Under the pieces are notes generated by a model. That model had not been told where the DNA came from, did no database searches, and saw only the letters and a program-made list of their open reading frames with translations. From positions 310,001 through 374,000 of the forward strand of contig CM082584.2 in the NCBI GenBank assembly GCA_040954595.2: a stretch of DNA of 64,000 nt, in the 5' to 3' direction. The translations under genes and the position numbers were made by a program. The stretch comes from Balanoglossus misakiensis (Eukaryota; Animalia; Hemichordata). This document shows, piece by piece, positions 11,601 to 26,160 of the stretch; within the stretch, counting starts at the first letter, position 1; every line of letters begins with the position of its first letter.

Positions 11601-14600
11601 TTTCCTACGGCCTGGTTTAGCTGAAGCCCCGGCACTTTAGAGCGGAAACACGCGTACATTGACCACGATGATCAAGTCAGATCTCCTACGGCCTGGCTCG
11701 ACTAAAACCCCGGCACACCATGACAGACACTAGCGTTCGTTAGCAACGGTGATCAAGTCGGATTTCCTTCGGCCTGGCTCTGCAAAAGACCCGACACTCT
11801 AGTACAAAGACGTTGGCTAAGTCGGGCAAACCGAAGAGGGAAAGTCACAGCGGGTCAACACTCGACATTTGTTCGGGTAGGACTGCATTATTGCCTGTCA
11901 ATTTATAGAGAAAGCTCGAATTTAACCAGGGCGTTTCAAACACCGACGTTAGTTGGGGGCACGGCCTGCAGTACTGCCGGGTAAGCTGACAGCGGCGTAC
12001 CGCATATAATGTAGGGGGGGGGGGGGAACAGAACGGTTTAATACTACATTTATCTGTTATCAGCTAATTTTGGACAATCATCTAAAATCTAAATCATTTT
12101 TTCATATTTGGATATCTGATGATGTATGAAATTTCCATTATATGTAAACATGGTGCTGATTATAAAAAATGCACTCTAATTTAATACAAAATTGCGTTTT
12201 ATTCGTTTTTGCACCAAAAAGGTCATTTTTAGGCAAAGCATTCTTTATTTTTTTAATTCGGTGACCTGATCATATATAAACAATTGCTTGTATGTTTAAA
12301 GTTTTTATGACTTTTAAAAGCAGTGACACTGGCGGCATTCAACACGAAAATAACAATTTTAGCCACAATTTGGTCAAAATGGTAAATGTTTGAAAATTAC
12401 ATAAAATACCTGTTTTCTACATTTTCGGAAATCTGATGGAGTATGGAATGCTCTTCGTATGTTAATATCGATACAAATTCCACAAAAGACCGTCTAATTT
12501 GGCTCACTGCAGACAAAATTGCGTTTTACCAAATTTTCCTTGAAAATGTCATTTTTAGAAAAAAAAATAAAAAAACCTTTGTTCTTCGAATTTGGTGCCC
12601 TGATCATATATGACATGTTGATTGTATGTTAAAACTTTCGACCACTCCAAAAAAGCAGAGATATTGACGGAATTCAAGAAAAAATAGCAATTTTGGCCAT
12701 ATTTTGACAAAAATGGTAAATTTTTAAAAAATCATAAAAAATTAACTCTTTTCTTCATTTTCGGAAATATTATGGAGCATGAAGTGTCGTTGTCTTGTAA
12801 AAAGTGCTGCAAATTCAAGAAAAGGCGGTATAATTTAAATCACCCAAGACAAAATTACCATTTTCGACTTTTTTTCGAAAAATTGTCTTTTTTACAAAAT
12901 AAATAAGAATAAATTCTTTTCTTAGTTTCAAACGGGTAGAGATACTTTCCACACGGGTTTTCTAACATTGAATTCCCGTTCATCAACTCAGATTTCCTAC
13001 AGCATAAGTCGGCTAAAACCCTGACACTCTAGAGCAGAAACAGTTGCACACTGGTAACGTTGAACAAGTCGATTTTTCTACGGCCTGGCTCGGCTAAATC
13101 TCCGTCACAATATGACAGACACTAGCGTACGTTAGCAACGGTGATGAAGTCAGATTTTCTACGGCATGGCTTGGATAAAGCCCCGGCACTCTAAAGCAGA
13201 AACACGCGTACAGAGAGCACGTTGATCAAGTCTGATCTCCTACGGCTTGGCTCGACTAAAACCCCGGCACACTATGACAGACACTAGCGTTAGTAAGCAA
13301 CGTTGATCAAGTCAGATTTCCTACGGCATGGCTTGGCTAAAGCCCTGTCACTATAGAGCAGAAACACGCGTACAGAGACCACGTTGATCTACTCACATTT
13401 CCTTCGGCCTGGCACGGCTGATGCCCCGGCACTATATATAGGACACAGACTGGCGTAAGTTAACAACGGTAATCACGTCGGGTTTCCTACGGCCTGGCTC
13501 AGCTGAAGCCCCGGCACTCTAGAGCAGAAACAGGCACACATTGACCACGTTGATCAAGTCAGATTTCCTACGGCGTGACTCGGCTGGTGCACCGGCTCTA
13601 TATGACACAGACTGGCGTAAGTTTTCAACGGTGATTACGTCGGATTTCCTACGGCCTGGTTTAGCTGAAGCCCCGGCACTTTAGAGCGGAAACACGCGTA
13701 CATTGACCACGATGATCAAGTCAGATCTCCTACGGCCTGGCTCGACTAAAACCCCGGCACACCATGACAGACACTAGCGTTCGTTAGCAACGGTGATCAA
13801 GTCGGATTTCCTTCGGCCTGGCTCTGCAAAAGACCCGACACTCTAGTACAAAGACGTTGGCTAAGTCGGGCAAACCGAAGAGGGAAAGTCACAGCGGGTC
13901 AACACTCGACATTTGTTCGGGTAGGACTGCATTATTGCCTGTCAATTTATAGAGAAAGCTCGAATTTAACCAGGGCGTTTCAAACACCGACGTTAGTTGG
14001 GGGCACGGCCTGCAGTACTGCCGGGTAAGCTGACATCGGCGTACCGCATATAATGTAGGGGGGGGGGAACAGAACGGTTTAATACTACATTTATCTGTTA
14101 TCAGCTAATTTTGGACAATCATCTAAAATCTAAATCATTTTTTCATATTTGGATATCTGATGATGTATGAAATTTCCATTATATGTAAACATGGTGCTGA
14201 TTATAAAAAATGCACTCTAATTTAATACAAAATTGCGTTTTATTCGTTTTTGCACCAAAAAGGTCATTTTTAGGCAAAGCATTCTTTATTTTTTTAATTC
14301 GGTGACCTGATCATATATAAACAATTGCTTGTATGTTTAAAGATTTCATGACTTTTAAAAGCAGTGACACTGGCGGCATTCAACACGAAAATAACAATTT
14401 TAGCCACAATTTGGTCAAAATGGTAAATTTTTGAAAATTACATAAAATACCTGTTTTCTACATTTTCGGAAATCTGATGGAGTATGGAATGCTCTTCGTA
14501 TGTTAATATCGATACAAATTCCACAAAAGACCGTCTAATTTGGCTCACTGCAGACAAAATTGCGTTTTACCAAATTTTCCTTGAAAATGTCATTTTTAGA

Positions 14601-17600
14601 AAAAAAAATAAAAAAACCTTTGTTCTTCGAATTTGGTGCCCTGATCATATATGACATGTTGATTGTATGTTAAAACTTTCGACCACTCCAAAAAAGCAGA
14701 GATATTGACGGAATTCAAGAAAAAATAGCAATTTTGGCCATATTTTGACAAAAATGGTAAATTTTTAAAAAATCATAAAAAATTAACTCTTTTCTTCATT
14801 TTCGGAAATATTATGGAGCATGAAGTGTCGTTCTCTTGTAAAAAGTGCTGCAAATTCAAGAAAAGGCGGTATAATTTAAATCACCCAAGACAAAATTACC
14901 ATTTTCGACTTTTTTTCGAAAAATTGTCTTTTTTACAAAATAAATAAGAATAAATTCTTTTCTTAGTTTCAAACGGGTAGAGATACTTTCCACACGGGTT
15001 TTCTAACATTGAATTCCCGTTCATCAACTCAGATTTCCTACAGCATAAGTCGGCTAAAACCCTGACACTCTAGAGCAGAAACAGTTGTACACTGGTAACG
15101 TTGAACAAGTCGATTTTTCTACGGCCTGGCTCGGCTAAATCTCCGTCACAATATGACAGACACTAGCGTACGTTAGCAACGGTGATGAAGTCAGATTTTC
15201 TACGGCATGGCTTGGATAAAGCCCCGGCACTCTAAAGCAGAAACACGCGTACAGAGAGCACGTTGATCAAGTCTGATCTCCTACGGCTTGGCTCGACTGA
15301 AACCCCGGCACACTATGACAGACACTAGCGTTAGTAAGCAACGTTGATCAAGTCAGATTTCCTACGGCATGGCTTGGCTAAAGCCCTGGCACTATAGAGC
15401 AGAAACACGCGTACAGAGACCACGTTGATCTACTCACATTTCCTTCGGCCTGGCACGGCTGATGCCCCGACACTATATATAGGACACAGACTGGCGTAAG
15501 TTAACAACGGTAATCACGTCGGGTTTCCTACGGCCTGGCTCAGCTGAAGCCCCGGCACTCTAGAGCAGAAACAGGCATACATTGACCACGTTGATCAATT
15601 CAGATTTCCTACGGCGTGACTCGGCTGGTGCACCGGCTCTATATGACACAGACTGGCGTAAGTTATCAACGGTGATTACGTCGGATGTCCTACGGCCTGG
15701 TTTAGCTGAAGCCCCGGCACTTTAGAGCGGAAACACGCGTACATTGACCACGATGATCAAGTCAGATCTCCTATGGCCTGGCTCGACTAAAACCCTGGCA
15801 CACCATGACAGACACTAGCGTTCGTTAGCAACGGTGATCAAGTCGGATTTCCTTCGGCCTGGCTCTGCAAAAGACCCGACACTCTAGTACAAAGACGTTG
15901 GCTAAGTCGGGCAAACCGAAGAGGGAAAGTCACAGCGGGTCAACACTCGACATTTGTTCGGGTAGGACTGCATTATTGCCTGTCAATTTATAGAGAAAGC
16001 TCGAATTTAACCAGGGCGTTTCAAACACCGACGTTAGTTGGGGGCACGGCCTGCAGTACTGCCGGGTAAGCTGACATCGGCGTACCGCATATAATGTAGG
16101 GGGGGGGGGGACAGAACGGTTTAATACTACATTTATCTGTTATCAGCTAATTTTGGACAATCATCTAAAATCTAAATCATTTTTTCATATTTGGATATCT
16201 GATGATGTATGAAATTTCCATTATATGTAAACATGGTGCTGATTATAAAAAATGCACTCTAATTTAATACAAAATTGCGTTTTATTCGTTTTTGCACCAA
16301 AAAGGTCATTTTTAGGCAAAGCATTCTTTATTTTTTTAATTCGGTGACCTGATCATATATAAACAATTGCTTGTATGTTTAAAGTTTTTATGACTTTTAA
16401 AAGCAGTGACACTGGCGGCATTCAACACGAAAATAACAATTTTAGCCACAATTTGGTCAAAATGGTAAATTTTTGAAAATTACATAAAATACCTGTTTTC
16501 TACATTTTCGGAAATCTGATGGAGTATGGAATGCTCTTCGTATGTTAATATCGATACAAATTCCACAAAAGACCGTCTAATTTGGCTCACTGCAGACAAA
16601 ATTGCGTTTTACCAAATTTTCCTTGAAAATGTCATTTTTAGAAAAAAAAATAAAAAAACCTTTGTTCTTCGAATTTGGTGCCCTGATCATATATGTTGAT
16701 TGTATGTTAAAACTTTCGACCACTCCAAAAAAGCAGAGATATTGACGGAATTCAAGAAAAAATAGCAATTTTGGCCATATTTTGACAAAAATGGTAAATT
16801 TTTAAAAAATCATAAAAAATTAACTCTTTTCTTCATTTTCGGAAATATTATGGAGCATGAAGTGTCGTTCTCTTGTAAAAAGTGCTGCAAATTCAAGAAA
16901 AGGCGGTATAATTTAAATCACCCAAGACAAAATTACCATTTTCGACTTTTTTTCGAAAAATTGTCTTTTTTACAAAATAAATAAGAATAAATTCTTTTCT
17001 TAGTTTCAAACGGGTAGAGATACTTTCCACACGGGTTTTCTAACATTGAATTCCCGTTCATCAACTCAGATTTCCTACAGCATAAGTCGGCTAAAACCCT
17101 GACACTCTAGAGCAGAAACAGTTGTACACTGGTAACGTTGAACAAGTCGATTTTTCTACGGCCTGGCTCGGCTAAATCTCCGTCACAATATGACAGACAC
17201 TAGCGTACGTTAGCAACGGTGATGAAGTCAGATTTTCTACGGCATGGCTTGGATAAAGCCCCGGCACTCTAAAGCAGAAACACGCGTACAGAGAGCACGT
17301 TGATCAAGTCTGATCTCCTACGGCTTGGCTCGACTAAAACCCCGGCACACTATGACAGACACTAGCGTTAGTAAGCAACGTTGATCAAGTCAGATTTCCT
17401 ACGGCATGGCTTGGCTAAAGCCCTGGCACTATAGAGCAGAAACACGCGTACAGAGACCACGTTGATCTACTCACATTTCCTTCGGCCTGGCACGGCTGAT
17501 GCCCCGACACTATATATAGGACAGAGACTGGCGTAAGTTAACAACGGTAATCACGTCGGGTTTCCTACGGCCTGGCTCAGCTGAAGCCCCGGCACTCTAG

Positions 17601-20600
17601 AGCAGAAACAGGCATACATTGACCACGTTGATCAATTCAGATTTCCTACGGCGTGACTCGGCTGGTGCACCGGCTCTATATGACACAGACTGGCGTAAGT
17701 TATCAACGGTGATTACGTCGGATGTCCTACGGCCTGGTTTAGCTGAAGCCCCGGCACTTTAGAGCGGAAACACGCGTACATTGACCACGATGATCAAGTC
17801 AGATCTCCTACGGCCTGGCTCGACTAAAACCCTGGCACACCATGACAGACACTAGCGTTCGTTAGCAACGGTGATCAAGTCGGATTTCCTTCGGCCTGGC
17901 TCTGCAAAAGACCCGACACTCTAGTACAAAGACGTTGGCTAAGTCGGGCAAACCGAAGAGGGAAAGTCACAGCGGGTCAACACTCGACATTTGTTCGGGT
18001 AGGACTGCATTATTGCCTTTCAATTTATAGAGAAAGCTCGAATTTAACCAGGGCGTTTCAAACACCGACGTTAGTTGGGGGCACGGCCTGCAGTACTGCC
18101 GGGTAAGCTGACATCGGCGTACCGCATATAATGTAGGGGGGGGGGGACAGAACGGTTTAATACTACATTTATCTGTTATCAGCTAATTTTGGACAATCAT
18201 CTAAAATCTAAATCATTTTTTCATATTTGGATATCTGATGATGTATGAAATTTCCATTATATGTAAAAATGGTGCTGATTATAAAAAATGCACTCTAATT
18301 TAATACAAAATTGCGTTTTATTCGTTTTTGCACCAAAAAGGTCATTTTTAGGCAAAGCATTCTTTATTTTTTTAATTCGGTGACCTGATCATATATAAAC
18401 AATTGCTTGTATGTTTAAAGTTTTTATGACTTTTAAAAGCAGTGACACTGGCGGCATTCAACACGAAAATAACAATTTTAGCCACAATTTGGTCAAAATG
18501 GTAAATTTTTGAAAATTACAAAAAATACCTGTTTTCTACATTTTCGGAAATCTGATGGAGTATAGAATGCTCTTCGTATGTATATATCGATACAAATTCC
18601 ACAAAAGACCGTCTAATTTGGCTCACTGCAGACAAAATTGCGTTTTACCAAATTTTCCTTGAAAATGTCATTTTTAGAAAAAAAATAAAAAAACCTTTGT
18701 TCTTCGAATTTGGTGCCCTGATCATATATGACATGTTGATTGTATGTTAAAACTTTCGACCACTCCAAAAAAGCAGAGATATTGACGCAATTCAAGAAAA
18801 AATAGCAATTTTGGCCATATTTTGACAAAAATGGTAAATTTTTAAAAAATCATAAAAAATTAACTCTTTTCTTCATTTTCGGAAATATTATGGAGCATGA
18901 AGTGTCGTTCTCTTGTAAAAAGTGCTGCAAATTCAAGAAAAGGCGGTATAATTTAAATCACCCAAGACAAAATTACCATTTTCGACTTTTTTTCGAAAAA
19001 TTGTCTTTTTTACAAAATAAATAAGAATAAATTCTTTTCTTAGTTTCAAACGGGTAGAGATACTTTCCACACGGGTTTTCTAACATTGAATTCCCGTTCA
19101 TCAACTCAGATTTCCTACAGCATAAGTCGGCTAAAACCCTGACACTCTAGAGCAGAAACAGTTGTACACTGGTAACGTTGAACAAGTCGATTTTTCTACG
19201 GCCTGGCTCGGCTAAATCTCCGTCACAATATGACAGACACTAGCGTACGTTAGCAACGGTGATGAAGTCAGATTTTCTACGGCATGGCTTGGATAAAGCC
19301 CCGGCACTCTAAAGCAGAAACACGCGTACAGAGAGCACGTTGATCAAGTCTGATCTCCTACGGCTTGGCTCGACTAAAACCCCGGCACACTATGACAGAC
19401 ACTAGCGTTAGTAAGCAACGTTGATCAAGTCAGATTTCCTACGGCATGGCTTGGCTAAAGCCCTGGCACTATAGAGCAGAAACACGCGTACAGAGACCAC
19501 GTTGATCTACTCACATTTCCTTCGGCCTGGCACGGCTGATGCCCCGGCACTATATATAGGACAGAGACTGGCGTAAGTTAACAACGGTAATCACGTCGGG
19601 TTTCCTACGGCCTGGCTCAGCTGAAGCCCCGGCACTCTAGAGCAGAAACAGGCATACATTGACCACGTTGATCAATTCAGATTTCCTACGGCGTGACTCG
19701 GCTGGTGCACCGGCTCTATATGACACAGACTGGCGTAAGTTATCAACGGTGATTACGTCGGATGTCCTACGGCCTGGTTTAGCTGAAGCCCCGGCACTTT
19801 AGAGCGGAAACACGCGTACATTGACCACGATGATCAAGTCAGATCTCCTACGGCCTGGCTCGACTAAAACCCCGGCAAACCATGACAGACACTAGCGTTC
19901 GTTAGCAACGGTGATCACGTCGGATTTCCTTCGGCCTGGCTCTGCAAAAGACCCGACACTCTAGTACAAAGACGTTGGCTAAGTCGGGCAAACCGAAGAG
20001 GGAAAGTCACAGCGGGTCAACACTCGACATTTGTTCGGGTAGGACTGCATTATTGCCTGTCGATTTATAGAGAAAGCTCGAATTTAACCAGGGCGTTTCA
20101 AACACCGACGTTAGTTGGGGGCACGGCCTGCAGTACTGCCGGGTAAGCTGACATCGGCGTACCGCATATAATGTAGGGGGGGGGGAACAGAACGGTTTAA
20201 TACTACATTTATCTGTTATCAGCTAATTTTGGACAATAATCTAAAATCTAAATCATTTTTTCATATTTGGATATCTGATGATGTATGAAATTTCCATTAT
20301 ATGTAAAAATGGTGCTGATTATAAAAAATGCACTCTAATTTAATACAAAATTGCGTTTTATTCGTTTTTGCACCAAAAAGGTCATTTTTAGGCAAAGCAT
20401 TCTTTATTTTTTTAATTCGGTGACCTGATCATATATAAACAATTGCTTGTATGTTTAAAGTTTTTATGACTTTTAAAAGCAGTGACACTGGCGGCATTCA
20501 ACACGAAAATAACAATTTTAGCCACAATTTGGTCAAAATGGTAAATTTTTGAAAATTACAAAAAATACCTGTTTTCTACATTTTCGGAAATCTGATGGAG

Positions 20601-22901
20601 TATAGAATGCTCTTCGTATGTATATATCGATACAAATTCCACAAAAGACCGTCTAATTTGGCTCACTGCAGACAAAATTGCGTTTTACCAATTTTCATTG
20701 AAAATGTCATTTTTAGAAAAAAAAATAAAAAAACCTTTGTTCTTCGAATTTGGTGCCCTGATCATATATGACATTTTGATTGTATGTTAAAACACTCGAC
20801 CACTCCAAAAAAGCAGAGATATTGACGAAATTCAAGAAAAATAGCAATTTTGGCCATATTTTGACAAAAATGGTAAATTTTTAAAAAATCATAAAAAATT
20901 AACTCTTTTCTTCATTTTCGGAAATATTATGGAGCATGAAGTGTCGTTCTCTTGTAAAAAGTGCTGCAAATTCAAGAAAAGGCGGTATAATTTAAATCAC
21001 CCAAGACAAAATTACCATTTTCGACTTTTTTTCGAAAAATTGTCTTTTTTACAAAATAAATAAGAATAAATTCTTTTCTTAGTTTCAAACGGGTAGAGAT
21101 ACTTTCCACACGGGTTTTCTAACATTGAATTCCCGTTCATCAACTCAGATTTCCTACAGCATAAGTCGGCTAAAACCCTGACACTCTAGAGCAGAAACAG
21201 TTGCACACTTGTAACGTTGAACAAGTCGATTTTTCTACGGCCTGGCTCGGCTAAATCTCCGTCACAATATGACAGACACTAGCGTACGTTAGCAACGGTG
21301 ATGAAGTCAGATTTTCTACGGCATGGCTTGGATAAAGCCCCGGCACTATAAAGCAGAAACACGCGTACAGAGAGCACGTTGATCAAGTCTGATCTCCTAC
21401 GGTTTGGCTAGACTAAAACCCCGGCACACTATGACAGACACTAGCGTTAGTAAGCAACGTTGATCAAGTCAGATTTCCTACGGCATGGCTTGGCTAAAGC
21501 CCTGGCACTATAGAGCAGAAACACGCGTACAGAGACCACGTTGATCTACTCACATTTCCTTCGGCCTGGCACGGCTGATGCCCCGGCTCTATATATAGGA
21601 CACAGACTGGCGTAAGTTAACAACGGTAATCACGTCGGGTTTCCTACGGCCTGGCTCAGCTGAAGCCCCGGCACTCTAGAGCAGAAACAGGCATACATTG
21701 ACCACGTTGATCAAGTCAGATTTCCTACGGCGTGACTCGGCTGGTGCACCGGCTCTATATGACACAGACTGGCGTAAGTTATCAACAGTGATTACGTCGG
21801 ATTTCCTACGGCCTGGTTTAGCTGAAGCCCCGGCACTTTAGAGCGGAAACACGCGTACATTGACCACGATGATCAAGTCAGATCTCCTACGGCCTGGCTC
21901 GACTAAAACCCCGGCACACCATGACAGACACTAGCGTTCGTTAGCAACGGTGATCAAGTCGGATTTCCTTCGGCCTGGCTCTGCAAAAGACCCGACACTC
22001 TAGTACAAAGACGTTGGCTAAGTCGGGCAAACCGAAGAGGGAAAGTCACAGCGGGTCAACACTCGACATTTGTTCGGGTAGGACTGCATTATTGCCTGTC
22101 AATTTATAGAGAAAGCTCGAATTTAACCAGGGCGTTTCAAACACCGACGTTAGTTGGGGGCACGGCCTGCAGTACTGCCGGGTAAGCTGACATCGGCGTA
22201 CCGCATATAATGTAGGGGGGGGGGGGAACAGAACGGTTTAATACTACATTTATCTGTTATCAGCTAATTTTGGACAATCATCTAAAATCTAAATCATTTT
22301 TTCATATTTGGATATCTGATGATGTATGAAATTTCCATTATATGTAAACATGGTGCTGATTATAAAAAATGCACTCTAATTTAATACAAAATTGCGTTTT
22401 ATTCGTTTTTGCACCAAAAAGGTCATTTTTAGGCAAAGCATTCTTTATTTTTTTAATTCGGTGACCTGATCATATATAAACAATTGCTTGTATGTCTAAA
22501 GTTTTTATGACTTTTAAAAGCAGTGACACTGGCGGCATTCAACACGAAAATAACAATTTTAGCCACAATTTGGTCAAAATGGTAAATTTTTGAAAATTAC
22601 AAAAAATACCTGTTTTCTACATTTTCGGAAATCTGATGGAGTATAGAATGCTCTTCGTATGTATATATCGATACAAATTCCACAAAAGACCGTCTAATTT
22701 GGCTCACTGCAGACAAAATTGCGTTTTACCAACTTTTCCTTGAAAATGTCATTTTTAGAAAAAAAAAATAAAAAAACCTTTGTTCTTCGAATTTGGTGCC
22801 CTGATCATATATGACATGTTGATTATATGTTAAAACTTTCGACCACTCCAAAAATGCAGAGATATTGACGGAATTCAAGAAAAAATAGCCATTTTGGCCA
22901 T

Positions 22902-25900
22902 CTTGGTAAGTATCAATTTTTTGTATATTATTGAGGTAAGATAAAAATGTGCGAAGGTTTGGCAATACTGGCTTAAATTTATATTTAAAGATAAAATTCT
23001 TTGAAAGTAATATAAAGTAATTCAGGGCTAACCACTCATCGTTTGTGTGGTTACTTTGAAAATTCTATTTTATACCCACCAAAACATCAAAAGGGGACAG
23101 CTCAATGGCAATATTACACTTTGTCTGTAATTGCAACTCTACATCCTTCCAAAAAGACAAAATACAGTCGCATTCGAAAAATAAATGTATAAGGATTTCC
23201 TCATAATTTTCACAGAAGGTGCATTTCACAGAATCGCATTTTCCCCCTTATCTTTAAAAATGTATTTGTAGTACAGATTCTACTAGCAATTCTGAATTGA
23301 AAATTACGCAAAGTAGAATCCTTTGTTACAATAAATGGTAAAGCATAGTGTAATTGCGAATCAAAATTCCCGAAGAGGTCTTTCCATTTTTGCGTACATC
23401 ACATCGGTTTAAGATTATTCTTCAAAAATAACTTATTATAAGTAAAATAGAGTAGGTTTTTTTCAGGATCTATTTGTGTAATACATGTTTGGGTGGTCAT
23501 TATTTACAGAGCCTTGTTGCTGAATCATTCTGAACCGTGATCTTGGAAAAGCGTTGATTAAACCCATATGAAGTTTGGTGAAAAATTATGTCTGTTACTA
23601 AAATCTTGGAAAGATAAAATGGAACCGGAAAAATCTAATAAATCCGAAATATACATTACAACATTATCATACCAGTTTTTATAAAATATGGTAGCGTTGT
23701 TAACTTTCAGCTCTGGTTGAACCATATACACTTTTTTATGTTATTAATAGGGTCGGGGGGGGGGGGGTAAAGTTTTTGACCAACATAGTAGTACTGAGTA
23801 CCAGAAGCTATGACGTGAAAATCTGTTTCTGGCAAACTCCACGACCTGAGCGGGGGTGAAGTGGGTAAGATAGCAGGGGATATACCCACAGTTTAAACAT
23901 TTCTATCCACTGAGAATATTGATTGGACATTAATCTGTTAATCCACGAAGCATGCACTGCTTGAACGAATGAGGGAAGATGGGTCATTCGCAAACCCCAC
24001 TCATCACAATTACAACATAATCTTAATCTATTGACTTTATCAGGTTTTGAATTCCGATAAAACTCTAATAAGTGTACATATTTGATTATCTGACATGGGA
24101 GGTAAGGATGAGAAAATATGAATAAACTTTGACAAAGCAAGTGTTTTAGCTATTGTAATCTTGCCAAACAAGGTCACAGGTCGCCATGACCACTTAGTAA
24201 GCAGTGTGGACACTTCCCTTACTTTTGGTGTAAAATTTAACATATCGAGCCCAACAAGATCAACGTTCAGGTTAATACCAAGAACTGTTAACGGTTCATC
24301 AACCCATAATAAGTTCTTGTTTGGCAACAAAATATCATGTGAATGGCATTTAGCGCCAAACCAAACCAATTTAGTTTTTTGGTAGTTAATTCGCAAACCC
24401 GACAGAAAAGTAAAGAAACCCAAGGTAGCAAACAGATTTTTCAGAGAACTTTCAGAACCATCTAAATATACAAAAATATCATCTGCGTATTGCCCCAGTA
24501 ATTTTTTTTTATCTCTAAGTGTAATTCCTTCTATATTACTATGGGCTCTGATTTCATGCGCAAGTTTTTCAACACAGGTGATAAACAGGTACGGTGATAG
24601 ACGATCACCTTGTCTAACACCTCTCTCGAGGGGAAAAAATCAGGAAAGTTTCCGTTATTTATAACACAACTAGTGGTGTTTTTATAAAACACTTTGACCC
24701 ATTTTCTGAAAGAGGGATAAAAATTAAACTTTCTCAATGCTTTATCGATAAATTCCCAAGAAAGCGTGTCAAACGCCATTTCAAAGTCTAGAAGTACAAG
24801 AAAACCTTGTCTATCTTTGAAGTTAACGATACATCATCAATCAAACGTGTATTTTCACCAATATACCTTCCTTTCCTCAAAAAACCTTTCTAGTCAGGGT
24901 GAATAATTTTTGGCAAGAACCGTTTCATACGGTTTGCTATAACACCAGATGCAATCTTATCATCCGTGTTTAGCAATGTAATACGGCGCCAATTTTCCAT
25001 GTGAAATCTATTCTTGTTGGGTTTCGGGATACAAGTAACAATTCCCCGCTTTTGAGAAATAGACATTTCGCCTGAGGAGTAGGCGGAATTAATTGCACGG
25101 GCTATATAAACACCAATGTCGGGCCAAAAAAATTTCGGCAGAAAAACCGTCTGTTCCTGGTGACTTATTATTTGCTATTGACTTCAACACTACTCCACAT
25201 TCATGCTTAGACAGGGCCCCTTCCAAAGAATCCCGTTCCTCAGTACTCAAAGTAGGCAAAGTATTTCCATGCTGCATAAAATTATCTAACTGATCAATAT
25301 TGCAAGCAACGTTTTTGGTAGCCGCATATAGATTCCGGTAAAACTTAGATTGTTCACGAAGGATGTCTTCGTCCTCAGTTATTGTGGAGCCAACACTCAG
25401 GCACAGCTGACCGATGGCTTTATTGGTGAAATGTCTCTTTTCCATAGAGCAAAAATACTTAGTAGGTTTTTCCCCTTCTGTAGACCACCTGGCCCGAGCA
25501 CGTACGCGACTTCCTTCTACTTTTTTGACAGTATGCTATCAACTGTTCTTTTTTCATGCAGTTCATCTAACATGTCAGGCGTTTATAGATCATTCACACG
25601 AGTTTCTAGTAAAATATTCTCCGTTTCAAGCTGTTTCTCGGCCCTAATAAATTCCTAGTTGCATACGAAATCGTAACTCCACGAATTTTTATTTTCAACG
25701 TATCCAAGAAAAGTTGATCCGAAATGGTAAAAGTGGGACCAGCTTGAGAGCTTCCCTCCTGTCTGTACTCATCCTTAGTATCCCGAATTGTGTTTTTAAC
25801 AATGTCCACATAATCGTTGTCATCCGAGAGAGACGTATTGCAGAGTGGTCACTCCGGTAACCGACACAAATATTTGCAGTTGCGGTCATATTAGCGAATT

Positions 25901-26160
25901 CAGGCGTAATAAGAAAATAATCCAGTCTTTTGCGCCTAAACTACGTAAATGTACGCGAGGACTCGTTTATCATCCGCCAAATATCTATCAAATTATACTC
26001 ATCACAGAGAAGATCAATTTGTTGCCTTGCATCCGAGTGAGAGTCTGTAGTGCGGCCAGCTGTGTCAGCATCAAAACCCTCACTACATTCCAGTCCCCAA
26101 CTGCAATAACTGAATTATTACCAAACATATTGATCTGCCATTTCAAATCAATATAGAATC
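22902..26160 (-). pseudogene. Decayed L1/Tx1-clade LINE ORF2 (APE endonuclease C-half, RT, zf-RVT), truncated at both ends; copy 1
   Basis: Minus-strand fragments give EN motifs (VGDWNVV, LDYFLIT, SDHSAI), RT motifs (NKSPGTDGFSAE, DFEMAFDTLSWEF, RGVRQGD, QYADD), GKITIAKTLALSK, and a C-terminal knuckle (CTFC..HLFFEC). There are many frameshifts and no 3' UTR or poly-A. Confidence 0.9.

Larger units (their letters stand above)
1157..22901. repeat. ~2.04-kb macrosatellite, uninterrupted array of ~10.7 units
   Basis: The landmark tagtacaaagacgttggctaagtcggg recurs at 1716, 3608, 5661, 7715, 9759, 11800, 13844, 15885, 17922, 19962 and 22001. Periods are 1892 and then 2037-2054 bp, and the units are near-identical. 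Confidence 0.98.
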
